Of a stretch of DNA of 64,000 bases, positions 61,520 to 64,000 are shown piece by piece. Location: NCBI GenBank assembly GCA_964202905.1, contig CAXNJO010000005.1, forward strand, positions 64,001 through 128,000, written 5' to 3'. The notes beneath the pieces are model-generated. The model was given only the letters and a program-made list of their open reading frames with translations, ran no database searches and was not told where the DNA came from. Origin of the DNA: Polyangiales bacterium (GTDB lineage Bacteria; Myxococcota_A; Polyangia; Polyangiales; JADJQN01). The translations under genes and the position numbers were made by a program. Within the stretch, counting starts at the first letter, position 1, and each line of letters opens with the position of its first letter.

Positions 61520-63736
61520 GTGCTGCCCGACGTCGTCCAGCAGAAGCTCGACGCGCTCCCCGCGCAGCCGGGCGTCTACGTGTTCCGCGATCGGCGCGGC
61601 GCGGTGCTCTACGTGGGCAAGGCGAGCTCGCTGCGCGCGCGTGTGCGCAGCTATTTCGCCGCCTCGACCGGCGACACGCGCTTCTTCATCGCGACGCTCG
61701 CCGCGGAGCTCGGCGACCTCGAGACCTGGGTCACGCGCACCGAGAAGGAGGCCGCGCTCCTCGAGAACAACCTCATCAAGGAGCACCAGCCCCGCTACAA
61801 CGTGAAGCTGCGCGACGACAAGGAGTACATGTCGCTGCGCCTCGACCCGAAGGCCGCGTGGCCGCGGCTCGAGGTCGTTCGCCGGCCGCGTCACGACGGC
61901 GCGCTCTACTTCGGGCCCTATCACTCGGCGACGGCGGCGCGCGCGACGCTGCGGCTCGTGAACCGGCACTTCCAGCTCCGCACCTGCACCGACACGGAGC
62001 TCGCGGCGCGCGTGCGGCCCTGCCTGCAATACCAGATCAAGCGCTGCCCCGGCCCGTGCGTGATGCCCGTCGATCGCGTGCGCTACGGCGAGCAGTCCGG
62101 CGCCGTCGCCATGTTTCTGGATGGTCGTCACGACGAGCTCGTGGAGGAGCTCGCGGCGCGGATGGCGGAGTCCGCCGCGAAGCTGGAATACGAGCAGGCG
62201 GCCGTCTACCGCGACCAGATCCGCGCGGTCGAGCAGGTGCGCGAAGAGCAGCGCGTCGAGAGCGCGCGCGACGTCGATCAGGACGTGCTCGGCCTCTACC
62301 GCGAGGGCGCGCAGATCGAGGTCGCGCTGCTGCTCGTGCGCGGCGGGCGGCTCGTCGGCGTGCGGACGTGGGAGCTCTCCCTGCCGCTGCCGGACGAGGA
62401 GGTCGTCGCCTCGTTCGTCGCCGAGTACTACGGGCGCGGCGCGCGCGTGCCCGACGAGGTGCTGCTGCCGCTCCCGATCGAGGCGATGGAGGGGCTCGCG
62501 AGCGCGCTCGGCGAGCGGCGCGAGGGGCGCGCGCCGCGCGTGCACCACCCGCAGCGCGGACCGCTCGCGCGGCTGCTCGCGATGGCGAACGAGAACGCGC
62601 AGCACGCGTTCCGCGAGAAGGCCCGCGCGCAGAAGGACGTCGAAGAGCGGCTCGCGGAGGTGCAGCGGCGCCTGCGCCTGCCCGCGCTGCCGCGCCGCAT
62701 CGAGTGCATCGACATCTCGCACACGGGCGGCACGGACACCGTGGCGGCGATCGTGGCGATGCGCGACGGGGCGCTCGATCGGCGCGCGTACAAGAGTTTT
62801 CACGTGCGGCGCGTCGCGGGCGGCGACGACTACGGCGCGATGTACGAGGCGCTCACGCGGCGTTTCCGGCGTGCGCGCGACGGCGAGGGCGGCTGGGAGC
62901 TGCCCGATCTGCTGGTCGTCGACGGCGGACGCGGCCAGCTCGGCGTCGCGCTCGCGGCGCTGCGCGATCTCGGCGTGACGACGCTGCCCGCCGTCGGGCT
63001 CGCGAAGGAGAAGGAGAACGTGCGCGGCGAGCGGCTCGTCGACCGCGTGTACCTCCCCGGCCAGAAGAACCCCGTCCCGCTCCGCGAGGGCAGCAGCGCG
63101 CTCTTCTATCTCGCGCAGCTCCGCGACGAGGCGCACCGGGCGTCGAACGCGCTCCGCCTGAAGCTCGGCAAGCGGCGTCGCCTGCGCAGCGGGCTCGCGG
63201 ACGTGCGCGGTGTCGGGACGCGCACCTCCACGGCGCTGCTGAAGACGCTCGGCTCGCTGCGCGCGGTGCTCGCGGCCGACGAGGCGGCGCTCGTCGCCGC
63301 GGGCGCGACGCTGCGACAGGCGCGCGCGATCGCGGCCCACTTCGCGGCACCCGACGCAGCCAGCCCGGCAGCGCAGGGCAGCGGGGACGCGCATGTCGAC
63401 GCGATCGACGAGGCGCGCGACGGGGCCGCCGACGAGACGCTCGACGACGACGCGCCCGACGACGGGCTCGAAGATGACGGGCTCGACGATGACGGGCTCG
63501 AAGATGACGGGCTCGACGATGACGGGCTCGAAGACGCGTCCGACGACGCGCTCCCCGATGGCGACGACGCCTCCCGCGGCACGCGCGCGGGCGGCGGCGC
63601 AGATCCGGCGGCGCGGAGCCCGACGATGCGGGGCCCGGCGGCGCGGGGCCCGGCGATGCGGGACGAGGGCTCGAGCGTCGACGCCGAGGAGGCCGCCGTC
63701 GAGAGCGCCTTCGCCGGGGCCGCGCAGGACGCCTGA
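61520..63736 (+). CDS. uvrC: Excinuclease ABC subunit C with an acidic low-complexity tail
   Basis: PGVYVF..LYVGKA..RVRSYF, PRYNVKLRDDK, RIECIDISH, DDYGAM, VDGGRGQ, RDEAHR. Confidence 0.97.
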   Translation: MLPDVVQQKLDALPAQPGVYVFRDRRGAVLYVGKASSLRARVRSYFAASTGDTRFFIATLAAELGDLETWVTRTEKEAALLENNLIKEHQPRYNVKLRDDKEYMSLRLDPKAAWPRLEVVRRPRHDGALYFGPYHSATAARATLRLVNRHFQLRTCTDTELAARVRPCLQYQIKRCPGPCVMPVDRVRYGEQSGAVAMFLDGRHDELVEELAARMAESAAKLEYEQAAVYRDQIRAVEQVREEQRVESARDVDQDVLGLYREGAQIEVALLLVRGGRLVGVRTWELSLPLPDEEVVASFVAEYYGRGARVPDEVLLPLPIEAMEGLASALGERREGRAPRVHHPQRGPLARLLAMANENAQHAFREKARAQKDVEERLAEVQRRLRLPALPRRIECIDISHTGGTDTVAAIVAMRDGALDRRAYKSFHVRRVAGGDDYGAMYEALTRRFRRARDGEGGWELPDLLVVDGGRGQLGVALAALRDLGVTTLPAVGLAKEKENVRGERLVDRVYLPGQKNPVPLREGSSALFYLAQLRDEAHRASNALRLKLGKRRRLRSGLADVRGVGTRTSTALLKTLGSLRAVLAADEAALVAAGATLRQARAIAAHFAAPDAASPAAQGSGDAHVDAIDEARDGAADETLDDDAPDDGLEDDGLDDDGLEDDGLDDDGLEDASDDALPDGDDASRGTRAGGGADPAARSPTMRGPAARGPAMRDEGSSVDAEEAAVESAFAGAAQDA
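63460..63535 (+). repeat. 15-bp coding repeat (DDGL(E/D)), about 5 copies, in the UvrC tail
   Basis: gacgggctcga(a/c)gat units. Confidence 0.85.
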
Positions 63737-63744
63737 CCGCTGAC

Positions 63745-64000
63745 TCAGTCGTCGGCGAGCGGCGCGGTGGGGAGCCGGAGCTCGAAGCGCGCGCCGCTCA
63801 CAGAACCATCCTTGGTGATGGTGTTGCTGGCGCGGAGCGTCCCACCGAGACGCTCGACGATCGTGTGGCAGACGGCGAGGCCGAGGCCCGTGCCCGCGCC
63901 GGCGGGCTTGGTCGTGACGAAGGGCTCGAAGAGCGTGTCGAGGACCGCGGGGGCGATGCCGGGCCCGGTGTCCTCGACGACGAGCGACGCGCCATCGCCA
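63745..64000 (-). CDS. Sensor histidine kinase, C-terminal HATPase (5'-partial)
   Basis: Manual translation: VEDTGPGI…LFEPFVTTKPAGAGTGLGLAVCHTIV…GARFELRLP. Confidence 0.9.
   Translation of the reverse strand, partial: GDGASLVVEDTGPGIAPAVLDTLFEPFVTTKPAGAGTGLGLAVCHTIVERLGGTLRASNTITKDGSVSGARFELRLPTAPLADD

Overview
Very GC-rich bacterial DNA. The gene content (Cys-rich 'DDDCDG' lipoproteins, FG-GAP propellers, Gld-type ABC system, MoxR cluster) points to Myxococcota, probably Polyangia-like; this is an inference. About 48 genes are recognisable, and most long ORFs in the track are antisense or alternative-frame shadows. About 15 real genes are broken by 1-2 nt frameshifts, which looks like uncorrected long-read error. 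Blocks in order: (i) DUF58-transglutaminase-MoxR-TPR-di-haem cytochrome/propeller-MsrQ operon; (ii) cstA, GT-C glycosyltransferase, broken Omp85, ABC-2 exporter; (iii) TetR/sterol desaturase with a double operator, serine hydrolase, Cys-rich lipoprotein, extensin-like protein; (iv) GldA/F/G-DUF4340 ABC system; (v) TPR-GGDEF, FIST protein and hybrid kinase; (vi) speD-DUF4178-GGK peptide-DUF350-speE-flavin oxidase polyamine operon; (vii) an accessory island at about 46.9-57.9 kb; (viii) RibD deaminase, AlaX, crotonase, uvrC. The island holds the most unusual signals. An AlbA_2/HATPase/wHTH gene carries the same 12-bp repeat at its 5' end and just before its wHTH. A surface protein has seven near-identical 210-bp repeats that vary mainly in three loop windows. 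A perfect 20-bp palindrome brackets a two-gene block. No rRNA, tRNA, CRISPR array, integrase or transposase was seen.
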